Assembly (NCBI GenBank): GCA_024404275.1
Contig: JAKSQG010000022.1
Location: 1-16,641, forward strand
From: Clostridia bacterium
Lineage (GTDB): Bacteria; Bacillota; Clostridia; Christensenellales; Aristaeellaceae
DNA: 16,641 nucleotides
Direction of reading: 5' to 3'
A model generated the notes under the pieces. It was given only the letters and a program-made list of their open reading frames with translations. It did no database searches and had not been told where the DNA came from. The stretch's first letter is position 1. Each line of letters begins with the position of its first letter. Shown in pieces: positions 7,964 through 15,052 of the stretch. A program made the position numbers and the translations under genes.

Positions 7964-8442
7964 GCCCGGTCCTCCTTCTTTTCTTCCTGTTCCATGGCGC
8001 ACAGTGCCTGCACAAAGGCGCCGTCCGTCAGACCGCTCATCATCTCTTTATCCAGGCAGTGCACCACATACTCGCCGTTTTCCAGGCTGCAGGTGATGGT
8101 GCCGGGCGTCAGCGTGATGGAATCGGCCAGTGCCACCCGCGCCGCCTCGCTCTTGAGCGGTGTGGTAAAGCGCACCAGCTGCGGCTCCACTTCGGCCCCG
8201 GGCGACAGGATGCGGCGCATCACCGCCACATTGGCGCTTACGATCTCTTTGATAAGCAGCGCCCCATAGCGGCACAGCTGCCCCAGACGGCGCAGCAGCG
8301 CCAGGTCCTTCTTCGGCCGCCAGCCAAAGAAGGCGCACACAAATGCGTAAAGCACCGCCGCCAGCACCACACCGAAAACGCCGATCTCCGTCGTCCAGCG
8401 GCCGTTCAGCAGCACCCACAGGGCAAAAAATACAATAAACAT
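7960..8442 (-). CDS. mrpE: Mrp/Mnh antiporter subunit E; first gene of the operon
   Basis: 160 aa. The N-terminal FFALWVLLNGRWT and the later ALADSITLTPGTI are MnhE-family hallmarks. GGAGGG lies just upstream of the ATG at 8442. A consensus promoter lies about 65 to 95 nt upstream. Stop codon is TGA. Confidence 0.85.
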   Translation of the reverse strand: MFIVFFALWVLLNGRWTTEIGVFGVVLAAVLYAFVCAFFGWRPKKDLALLRRLGQLCRYGALLIKEIVSANVAVMRRILSPGAEVEPQLVRFTTPLKSEAARVALADSITLTPGTITCSLENGEYVVHCLDKEMMSGLTDGAFVQALCAMEQEEKKEDRA

Positions 8443-8507
8443 AATCCCTCCGTTTTCCGTCCGCGGTTTTTTTGTTCCCCCGGACCGGGATACTTACCCG
8501 ATTGTCC

Positions 8508-8536
8508 ATTTTATTCCCATCGGGAACGAATGTCAA
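8508..8536 (-). promoter_or_regulatory. Sigma-70/SigA-type promoter of the mrp-like operon
   Basis: On the minus strand: TTGACA (8536..8531), an exact 17-nt spacer, then TAAAAT (8513..8508). It sits in the only AT-rich island of the window, upstream of the mrpE start at 8442. Confidence 0.65.
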
Positions 8537-8610
8537 TTCCATTCATAAAATAAACTACCTATATTATACTCATTTATACTCCGCTGTTTCCGTCCCTCTT
8601 TCCAAATGCA

Positions 8611-8649
8611 AACCGGCCCCGAAGCTGTTGCTGCTTCAGGGCCGGTTTT
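8611..8649 (-). terminator. Rho-independent terminator after the TIM-barrel gene
   Basis: Minus strand reads AAAACCGGCCCTGAAGC-AGCAACA-GCTTCGGGGCCGGTTTGCATTT. This is a GC-rich stem of about 13 bp with one mismatch or bulge, followed by a T-rich run, about 30 nt after the stop at 8677. Confidence 0.65.
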
Positions 8650-8676
8650 ATGTGCCGCTGTTTTCAGTAAACGCGT

Positions 8677-9525
8677 TCAAAAGCTGCCCAAGGACCGTTT
8701 CAATGCGGCCACCCGGCAGGCACGGGCATACGCCAGGGTCAGGTAATCGACCGGCGTCATCTGCGCATACCGGTCATTGTCATGCCGCCCGGGCTTGCTG
8801 ACGCGCTTGAGCTCAAAGGTCAGGGGACCCTCATAGCCGCATCGGTTCAGGCGGGACGCGATGTCCTGCCAGCTGCCAATGCCGTCAAAGGGCAAAAGGT
8901 GCAGGTCATCCAGCCAGGTGATCTTTCCGTCAAAATCACGGATGCCCAGATTGTCATTGAGGTGCGTGGCAATCAGGCGGTCGCCGTACAAAGCCAGCAT
9001 GTCCTTGCTGTGGTTATAACACATTTCGTGACCGGAATCCCAGCAGAAGCCCACAGCCGCGTTTCCTTTGAAGTGCGCCATCAGCGCCGCCAGATACTCC
9101 TCGCCCTCGGTGTTTTCAAAGGCGATCTTCACCCCGAGCTTTTCGGCTTCCCGCACGATCTGCTCAAAATGGTCCAGTCCCTGCGGGGTCGGGGTATGCT
9201 TTTCAAAGCCGATGAAGGTGTGCGCCACCATGATGGGCACACCGCACTCGGCGCACGCCCGCAGGCAGTCGATCTGCTCACGGATGACCTGCGGTGTTCT
9301 CTCCGTTTCCTCCCATAGGTCACAGATGTACTTGAAGGGCGCGTGGATGGATTGAAAAAGCAGGCCTTCTTCCTTTCCCACACGGCAAAGCGTCTGCGCT
9401 TCCTCCCGGCTGCCCCAGCCATAGAAGAACCCCTCGAAGCCGATGGACGCAAGGGTTCGCACCTGCTCGACATAATCCAATGAAAAATCCCTGGTAAGGC
9501 CAAGGCACAACCGTATCTTTTCCAT
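8677..9525 (-). CDS. Sugar phosphate isomerase/epimerase family protein (xylose isomerase-like TIM barrel)
   Basis: 282-aa ORF. The pattern SIHAPF...VPIMVAHTF...KIAFENTEGE...FCWDSGHE...ATHLNDN...TFELK is typical of the AP-endonuclease-2/xylose-isomerase-like TIM-barrel family, with its metal-ligand E/D/H/E spacing. GGGAGGGG lies 5 nt upstream of the ATG at 9525. Stop codon is TGA. Confidence 0.8.
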   Translation of the reverse strand: MEKIRLCLGLTRDFSLDYVEQVRTLASIGFEGFFYGWGSREEAQTLCRVGKEEGLLFQSIHAPFKYICDLWEETERTPQVIREQIDCLRACAECGVPIMVAHTFIGFEKHTPTPQGLDHFEQIVREAEKLGVKIAFENTEGEEYLAALMAHFKGNAAVGFCWDSGHEMCYNHSKDMLALYGDRLIATHLNDNLGIRDFDGKITWLDDLHLLPFDGIGSWQDIASRLNRCGYEGPLTFELKRVSKPGRHDNDRYAQMTPVDYLTLAYARACRVAALKRSLGSF

Positions 9526-9569
9526 ATGTTCCCCTCCCGGCGGACGCCTGTTTTTCCTTCCTGCATTCT

Positions 9570-9598
9570 ATTGTATCGGGCCGGCAAAACCGTGTCAA
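9570..9598 (-). promoter_or_regulatory. Sigma-70/SigA-type promoter of the TIM-barrel gene
   Basis: On the minus strand: TTGACA (9598..9593), an exact 17-nt spacer, then TACAAT (9575..9570). It lies about 45 nt upstream of the ATG at 9525 and just downstream of the nagA terminator. Confidence 0.65.
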
Positions 9599-9619
9599 TC
9601 ATTCCGCCGCCGCAAGCCG

Positions 9620-9652
9620 AAAAAAGAGGCGGACACCCCCGGCATCCGCCCC
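9620..9652 (-). terminator. Rho-independent terminator after nagA
   Basis: Minus strand reads GGCGGA-TGCCGGGGGTG-TCCGCC followed by TCTTTTTTC. It begins within 10 nt of the nagA TAA at 9659..9661. Confidence 0.6.
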
Positions 9653-9658
9653 CTGAAT

Positions 9659-10813
9659 TTACTTCTTTTGCCACACGGTCTTGCCGCCCACGATGGTCGC
9701 CGTGACCTCCATGGCCTCATCCAGCAGCACCAGGTCGGCATCAAAGCCTTGTTTGATCTTTCCGCGGCAGTCTCCCATCCGCATGGCTTCGGCGGGGTTG
9801 GCCGTCAGGATCGGCAGCACCTTTTCCAGCGGCTCGCCGGTAAAGCGCAGCAGGTTGCGCAGCCCCTGCGCCGCCGTCAGGGTCGAACCGGCCCGCACAT
9901 CCGTTTCGGTCAGGCGTGCGTCGCCGTCCTTCACGGTCACATCATTGACGCCCAGCTTGTACTTGCCGTCCGGCAGACCGGCAGCCATGATGCTGTCCGT
10001 CACCGCCATCACGCGGTCATAGCCCTTGCACTTGAGCAGCATGCGTACCGTGCCGGGATGCAGATGCCGTCCGTCACAGATGGCCTCGCACCAGCAATCG
10101 CTTTCCAGCGCCGCGCCCATGATGGCCGGTTCATGCTGATGAAAGAGGCGCATCGCGTTGAAGGTATGCGTCACGCAGCGGGCACCCGCCTCAATCGCCG
10201 CCCGGGCGGTATCATAGTCGGCGCCGCTGTGACCGATGGATATAACGATCTCCTGCGACAATTCGCGGATCATGTCGATCACGCCGGGCACCTCGGGCGA
10301 CACCGTCATATAGCGGATCACACCCGGATACTTTTGCAGCCAGGAGCGCACCAGCGCCGCGTCGCCCTCACGAAGCAGATATTCGGGCATGGCGCCCTTG
10401 TACTGTGACGAAAGGAAAGGGCCTTCCAGATGCACGCCCATCAGGCGCGCGCCAAGGCCGTTATCACCCATGACCGTCTGCGCGTCCCGCAGACACTGCT
10501 CGGTCACCTCGGGCGTATCCGTCAGCACGCTGACATGAAAGGAGGTGACGCCCTGCGCGGCAAAGAACGCCGCCAGACGGCGCAGTCCCTCCACGCCGGC
10601 GGCATTAACGTCCACGTGGACGGCGCCGTGCGTATGGACATCGATCAGACCGGGAATGACCCGGCTTCCGGCGGCTTCAAGGACGGCGGTATTCTCCGGC
10701 ACGGCCTCAAAATGCCCGATCGCTTCAATGCGTCCATCCCGGCACAGCACGTCTGTCTGTTCCACCGCGCCGTCTGTGTACACAAGACCGCCGCGAATCA
10801 ACAGCTGCTCCAT
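9659..10813 (-). CDS. nagA: N-acetylglucosamine-6-phosphate deacetylase
   Basis: Amidohydrolase-fold NagA hallmarks: GLIDVHTHG, GVHLEGPFLS, SIGHS, THTFNAM and AVTDS. I prefer the ATG at 10813 (MEQLLIRGG...), with GAGGAGG 8 nt upstream. That SD overlaps the TGA of the upstream gene. The track ORF runs 20 codons further, to 10873. Stop codon is TAA. Confidence 0.9.
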   Translation of the reverse strand: MEQLLIRGGLVYTDGAVEQTDVLCRDGRIEAIGHFEAVPENTAVLEAAGSRVIPGLIDVHTHGAVHVDVNAAGVEGLRRLAAFFAAQGVTSFHVSVLTDTPEVTEQCLRDAQTVMGDNGLGARLMGVHLEGPFLSSQYKGAMPEYLLREGDAALVRSWLQKYPGVIRYMTVSPEVPGVIDMIRELSQEIVISIGHSGADYDTARAAIEAGARCVTHTFNAMRLFHQHEPAIMGAALESDCWCEAICDGRHLHPGTVRMLLKCKGYDRVMAVTDSIMAAGLPDGKYKLGVNDVTVKDGDARLTETDVRAGSTLTAAQGLRNLLRFTGEPLEKVLPILTANPAEAMRMGDCRGKIKQGFDADLVLLDEAMEVTATIVGGKTVWQKK

Positions 10814-10826
10814 GTTATTTTCCTCC

Positions 10827-11648
10827 TCAGAAGGGCTGTTTGGCCGCGTTGGCGTTGACATAGATGCGGGCATCGGGGTGACGCTGCAGCAGCGTGGCGG
10901 GGAAATGAGCGCTCACCTCGCCGTAAGCCGCCTGACGCACCACGGAGCGGTGCCAGTCACGGAAAACACCCAGACGCACCTTGCGCGCGCCGAGAATTTC
11001 CGCCATGCCGATGGTGATGCACAGGCGGGGCATGGCGTCGATGGCGCCGTTCATGTCGCCGATGGCATTGGCGGTGCGGGTCTCGCGGCTGATTTCCAGC
11101 ACGCGGGTGGGCAGGGCGGCAAACTGCTCGGGCGTCAGTTCATCCTGCGCCTCGTTGAACGCCAGATGACCGTTGATGCCGATGCCGCCAAAGGCGATGT
11201 CAACGCCGCCCAGCTGTTCAATGACCCTGGCGATACGTCCGGGATCCTTGGGATCGGGGAAGATGCGCTGCTCGGGCGGCATCACCAATTCGGGATCGAT
11301 GCGGTCGTACACGTTTCTGTCCATGAAGCCATGGAAGGAGATGGGCAGCGAATGATCGATGTACTCCCGGTCATCGGTCAGATATTCATCCATGTTGATG
11401 AACCAGCAGTTTTTGAGGGAAATGCGCTGCTCATTGACAAGGCGCACAAAGATGGGATACTGCCCCACCGGACCCACCGGGCAGATGAACACCGTTCTTC
11501 TGCCGGCTTCGTTGTTCTTTTTGATCTCGGCGATCATTTCCAGCGCCATCTCGTAAAAGACCTCGCCGGAATCCCCCAGCACCATCAGCGGCACACGGGC
11601 GTTTTTGCCAAGCTCCTCCGCGGGAATCTGGTAATAGCTCATATTCAT
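10827..11648 (-). CDS. nagB: Glucosamine-6-phosphate deaminase/isomerase family protein (NagB-like)
   Basis: WFINMDEYL and GGIGINGHLAFNE match the NagB / 6-phosphogluconolactonase superfamily motifs. Three in-frame ATGs lie at 11657, 11648 and 11642. AAAGGTG sits 9 nt before the one at 11648. The track ORF start at 11798 overlaps the response-regulator gene and is rejected. Stop codon is TGA. Confidence 0.8.
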   Translation of the reverse strand: MNMSYYQIPAEELGKNARVPLMVLGDSGEVFYEMALEMIAEIKKNNEAGRRTVFICPVGPVGQYPIFVRLVNEQRISLKNCWFINMDEYLTDDREYIDHSLPISFHGFMDRNVYDRIDPELVMPPEQRIFPDPKDPGRIARVIEQLGGVDIAFGGIGINGHLAFNEAQDELTPEQFAALPTRVLEISRETRTANAIGDMNGAIDAMPRLCITIGMAEILGARKVRLGVFRDWHRSVVRQAAYGEVSAHFPATLLQRHPDARIYVNANAAKQPF

Positions 11649-11677
11649 TCTGTTCATCACCTTTCTGTGATATTGTT

Positions 11678-12346
11678 TCAAAACAGTCTTTCCACGCCAA
11701 GCTCCCGGATCATGTCCACGATCTCCCTGGTGCGGCCGCACCCGAACTTTTTGAGCAGACCGCTGATCTGGGTCTTGACGGTCACCACTTCCACACACCG
11801 CGCCTCGGCGATCTCACGGATCTTGTAGCCGTCCAACAGAAAGCGCACCAGCGCCCTTTCCGCCGGCGTCAGCTGCGCGACGTTGTTGATAAAAAACAGC
11901 AGGCTTTGCTCAGAGCGGCGAAGGCGGCTGTATTCCCGCATCACCGTGTTCTGGATGCGGGCATCCATCATGGGCTTGCCGTTATAAGCCGCTCGGATGT
12001 GCTGCAGCAGCTCCTGCTCGGGACAGCCCTTGACGATGTAATCCACCGCCCCGGCGCCCATGGCTTCAATGATCAGCTCATCCGTCTCATGCGCCGTCAG
12101 AAAAATGATCTTCGCCTGCGGGCAATCATCCAGAATATGCTCGGCGGCTTCCACGCCGGCGTTCAGATGCTCCATCTCGATATCCATCAAAAGGATATCA
12201 AAATCGACCGATGCCGCCAGACGCTCCGCCTCGGCGCCGCAGGAAGCCAGACCGACGACCTGCATATCGGCTTCCGCCGAAAGCGTTTCCGCCAGGTCCT
12301 CCCGGAGAAGATCGAAATCCTCCGCGATGATCACTCGAATCGGCAT
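11678..12346 (-). CDS. Two-component response regulator, NarL/LuxR family (REC domain plus LuxR-type HTH)
   Basis: REC domain: IRVIIAEDFDLLRE ... DILLMDIEM ... IIFLTAHE ... GAVDYIVKG. C-terminal LuxR HTH: LTPAERALVRFLLDGYKIREIAEARCVEVVTVKTQISGLLKKFG. The ATG at 12346 has GAGGAGGG 5 nt upstream. The track ORF starts 5 codons earlier. Stop codon is TGA. Confidence 0.9.
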   Translation of the reverse strand: MPIRVIIAEDFDLLREDLAETLSAEADMQVVGLASCGAEAERLAASVDFDILLMDIEMEHLNAGVEAAEHILDDCPQAKIIFLTAHETDELIIEAMGAGAVDYIVKGCPEQELLQHIRAAYNGKPMMDARIQNTVMREYSRLRRSEQSLLFFINNVAQLTPAERALVRFLLDGYKIREIAEARCVEVVTVKTQISGLLKKFGCGRTREIVDMIRELGVERLF

Positions 12347-12385
12347 ACGTTCCCTCCTCACCGTCTTATTTCAAGGCGAAGCATA

Positions 12386-13891
12386 TCATTTGGATGTCGG
12401 ATTGTATTTGGGCAGCTGAATGGTAAAGCACGTGCCGTGCCCCAGCTCTGTCTCCACCCGCAAAAGGCCAAGGTGACTTTTTACGATCTGACGCACGTAG
12501 TACAACCCCATGCCCCAGTTGAAGTTGGCGTTCTTGCTGGACCAGAAGGGCTCAAAAATATGCCTCCGCTGCGCCTTGGACATGCCGTAGCCGTGATCGC
12601 GGATCTCGATGACCGTCCACTGCCTCTCCTGCCGGGCGGTCACCAGCACGGGGGCCTCCGTCCGTTTGGCCATCACCTGCGCCTCCCAGCCGTTGAGCAT
12701 CAGGTTGTAGATTGCCTCGGTAAAATGGCTGTGATCGCACAGCACGGTAATGTCCTGCGGGATATCGATCTGCACCGCGGCATCGGGGTATTTTTTCCGT
12801 ATTCTTTCCGCCGCCAGGGCGCAGGGTTCCGCCAAAGCCTACGGCACCAGCGAGATGGAATTGGTGCGGATGCCGCGGTACAATTCCTCCATACGGCCAA
12901 TCATGTAATCATTGTTCTGGGCCAGCTGACGGTGGTAGAGCCGCAGCGTTTCCTTATCCGGCTCGTCTGCCTCCAATTCGGCACCGATTCTTTTGAGCAG
13001 CACACGGTTGGCCAGCAGCTGGTTTTTGACCGAGTGCACAAACACGCTGGCACCCTTGCTTGTAGCGTCAAACTTGCGGCGGATGGCTTTTTCTTCCTGA
13101 CCCTCCAGAATGCTGTCGCGGGCATATCGCAGCGTGCAGACGATGCCGGAGATGGCCGACACCATAAACAGCACAAAAATGAACGCGTACATGACCGGGT
13201 TGAGGGCGGGGTTGAGGTACCACAAGCCCTGCTGCGCGCCCATGTATTCGTTTCGGTAAAACAGATAGACCTGTGCCGGGTCCTGCGGACAATAGACCGC
13301 ATAGAGCGCGATCAGACCAATGACCATCAGCAGGCGGCCGCCAAACTGCCGCTTGTAGAACCGCATGGTGGTATCGTGAAGCTCCAAAGCCATCAGCAGC
13401 ACCGCCAGCAGCAGATACAGCACGATCCAGGCGAGCGAAGCATTGACCAGCAGCATGATCATGCCGCTGCTCAAGCCCACCAGCCCTTCAAACACCGTGG
13501 GATAATACACCACCATGGACAGGACGGGCAGCACTGCCGCCAGGGCATACAGCCATGGGCGGCGTTTTACATTGGCGCGCTGGCTGTAATAGAGCGCCAG
13601 CCACAGGGCCAGCATGGGAAACAGATACCGTCCCAATGCCATGATATAACCCATGCGCCCCAAAGTAAACAGCAAATACTGAAACCAGGTGCGAACCTGC
13701 CGCACGCCAAACAGCATACGCAGGATCTATTGGCCGAAACCGCCCTTTTTGGAGATATAGACCAGCATCATGAACCAGAATTCCGCCAGGCTCAGATCCA
13801 TGCTGACGATCAGCGCGGTCTCCCGGTCCCGGCGGGCAAAGAGCAATATCGCCGCCGAAATTACCAGCAAAACAATAATTCCAACCGCCAT
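12386..13891 (-). pseudogene. Membrane sensor histidine kinase: one 501-codon reading frame interrupted by two in-frame TAG codons (a nonsense-mutated pseudogene, or a CDS whose TAGs are read through or recoded)
   Basis: Segment 1 (13891..13730) has 54 codons: MAVGIIVLLVISAAILLFARRDRETALIVSMDLSLAEFWFMMLVYISKKGGFGQ. It is too short to appear in the track. TAG at 13729..13727. Segment 2 (13726..12842) has 295 codons: multiple TM helices, then the H-box-like FVHSVKNQLLANR. TAG at 12841..12839. Segment 3 (12838..12389) has 150 codons: an HATPase_c domain with N-box IYNLMLNGWEA, G1 IRDHGYGM and G2 NWGMGL. All three segments are in the same frame. The ATG at 13891 is the first start after an in-frame TGA (13915..13913), with GGAG 9 nt upstream. 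Final stop is TGA at 12386. Confidence 0.8.
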
Positions 13892-13969
13892 TCGGTCCGT
13901 CTCCGCATTCTTTCATAAATTGCGTAAGCGCGCCCGCGGGGCAGCCGACTCCCTCCTGCGGGAATCAAC

Positions 13970-14000
13970 CGCAAAAGCAGCCCGGAGGACCGGGCTGCGA
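13970..14000 (-). terminator. Rho-independent terminator after the ABC operon
   Basis: Minus strand reads GCAGCCCGG-TCCT-CCGGGCTGC followed by TTTTGCGG. The 9-bp stem is perfect. It lies about 30 nt downstream of the binding-protein stop at 14030. Confidence 0.7.
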
Positions 14001-14029
14001 AAAAGCGAGGTTTTTCGGTCAGCGAAGGA

Positions 14030-15001
14030 TTACTGAGCGGCTTCGACCATCACGTCGAACAGCACGTAATCAGACACGGGCACTTCCTTCTCCACGGCGC
14101 CGGAGGCGATGAAAGCATCCTGCTGAACCTTGTAGTAACCTTCGATGGTGCCGTCCTGAGCGCCGGCCACGATCTCAGCGCTGGCGGGCCAGGCAGCATC
14201 GCCGGTCTGGGACAGGGCGACATCCAGATCGGTACCGCACTGCTGGGCAACCCAAGTGGCAACGTCGTTGAAGTTGTCGGGGTTGGAGCCGTAATCCATG
14301 GCCTTGTACAGGGCGCGGCAGAAGCGGACCACGGTGTCACGGTTGTTCTCGTAGTAGCCGTTCAGCACGATCCAGGAAGCGGGAGAAACGCTGCGGTGAG
14401 CGAAGGAGACGTTGGTGCACAGCACGTCGATATCAGAATCCTGAGCACGCATGATGCCGGTGTTGGGGGACCAGGCGGCGCAGGCGTCGATGGACTTGGA
14501 CAGCATGGCGGTCACCAGGGCGGAAGCTTCCATCTCATAAGCCTGAATGTCATCCATGGTCAGGCCGACTTCTTCCAGAGCGTACTGCAGGATCATTTCG
14601 GAAGAAGTACCGGAAGCGTAACCAACCTTCTTGCCCTTCAGATCGGCATAGGTGTTGATGCCGGCAGACTTGCGGGCCAGAACGGCGTCAGCATTGCCCA
14701 GCTGGCTGAGCATGAAGATCTTGGCGCGGCCGTTGATGCACAGCTTGTGGGCGCCGGGTCCGATGTAACCCATATCGATGGAGCCGGATTCCATGGCGGC
14801 GATGATGGTGGGGCCGTCGGCGAATTCAACCAGGTTGACGGTCAGGCCTTCTTCTTCAAAGAAGCCCTTGTTGATGCCGGTCACAACGGACCAGAGGCTG
14901 GCGTAGTTGGGCATGTAGGCGATCTGCAGGGTTTCGGCGGAAGCGAGACCGACGCCGAGGAGCATCAGCAGGGCCAGAGCCAGAGCTACCATTTTTTTCA
15001 T
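14030..15001 (-). CDS. ABC transporter substrate-binding protein, NMT1/THI5-like (SsuA/TauA nitrate/sulfonate/bicarbonate family)
   Basis: 323 aa. N-terminal signal peptide MKKMVALALALLMLLGVGLASA. Periplasmic-binding-protein-like sequence (IAYMPNYASLW ... GYIGPG ... KGKKVGYASGTSSE). AGGAGGA RBS upstream of the ATG at 15001. It sits beside a TauB/SsuB-type ATPase and a TauC-type permease. The substrate cannot be read from the sequence. Stop codon is TAA. Confidence 0.75.
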   Translation of the reverse strand: MKKMVALALALLMLLGVGLASAETLQIAYMPNYASLWSVVTGINKGFFEEEGLTVNLVEFADGPTIIAAMESGSIDMGYIGPGAHKLCINGRAKIFMLSQLGNADAVLARKSAGINTYADLKGKKVGYASGTSSEMILQYALEEVGLTMDDIQAYEMEASALVTAMLSKSIDACAAWSPNTGIMRAQDSDIDVLCTNVSFAHRSVSPASWIVLNGYYENNRDTVVRFCRALYKAMDYGSNPDNFNDVATWVAQQCGTDLDVALSQTGDAAWPASAEIVAGAQDGTIEGYYKVQQDAFIASGAVEKEVPVSDYVLFDVMVEAAQ

Positions 15002-15052
15002 TGGGGTATCCTCCTTATTTATTTAAGCGGTCGGGCCGCTTAATATCAACAA

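Noticed and set aside
5644-8002. In-frame TGA read-through or selenocysteine at the overlapping gene junctions of the mrp-like operon
   Set aside because: At every junction the downstream gene is in a different frame from the upstream one (ATGA, TGATG or TAATG overlaps) and has its own SD sequence. This is ordinary translational coupling.
11649-11798. N-terminal extensions offered by the ORF track for nagB (to 11798), nagA (to 10873), mrpF (to 8002) and the response regulator (to 12361)
   Set aside because: The extensions overlap the preceding gene, lack an RBS and encode non-homologous hydrophilic leaders. Internal ATGs with well-spaced GGAGG-type sites give proteins that begin where the family homology begins.
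12386-13891. Pyrrolysine or genome-wide TAG reassignment as the firm explanation for the two in-frame TAGs
   Set aside because: It is not rejected as a hypothesis, but it cannot be claimed from this window. There are no pyl genes and no suppressor tRNA here. No other gene in about 15 kb of coding sequence contains an in-frame TAG. Two C-to-T or G-to-A nonsense hits, or sequencing errors, would give the same picture. It is therefore reported as a finding to test, not as a feature.
13998-14018. AT-rich hairpin CGAAAAA-GCGAGG-TTTTTCG between the ABC binding-protein stop and its terminator
   Set aside because: It is a weak 7-bp A/T-rich stem that shares one base (13998) with the end of the much stronger GC-rich terminator hairpin. 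There is no independent reason to assign it a function.
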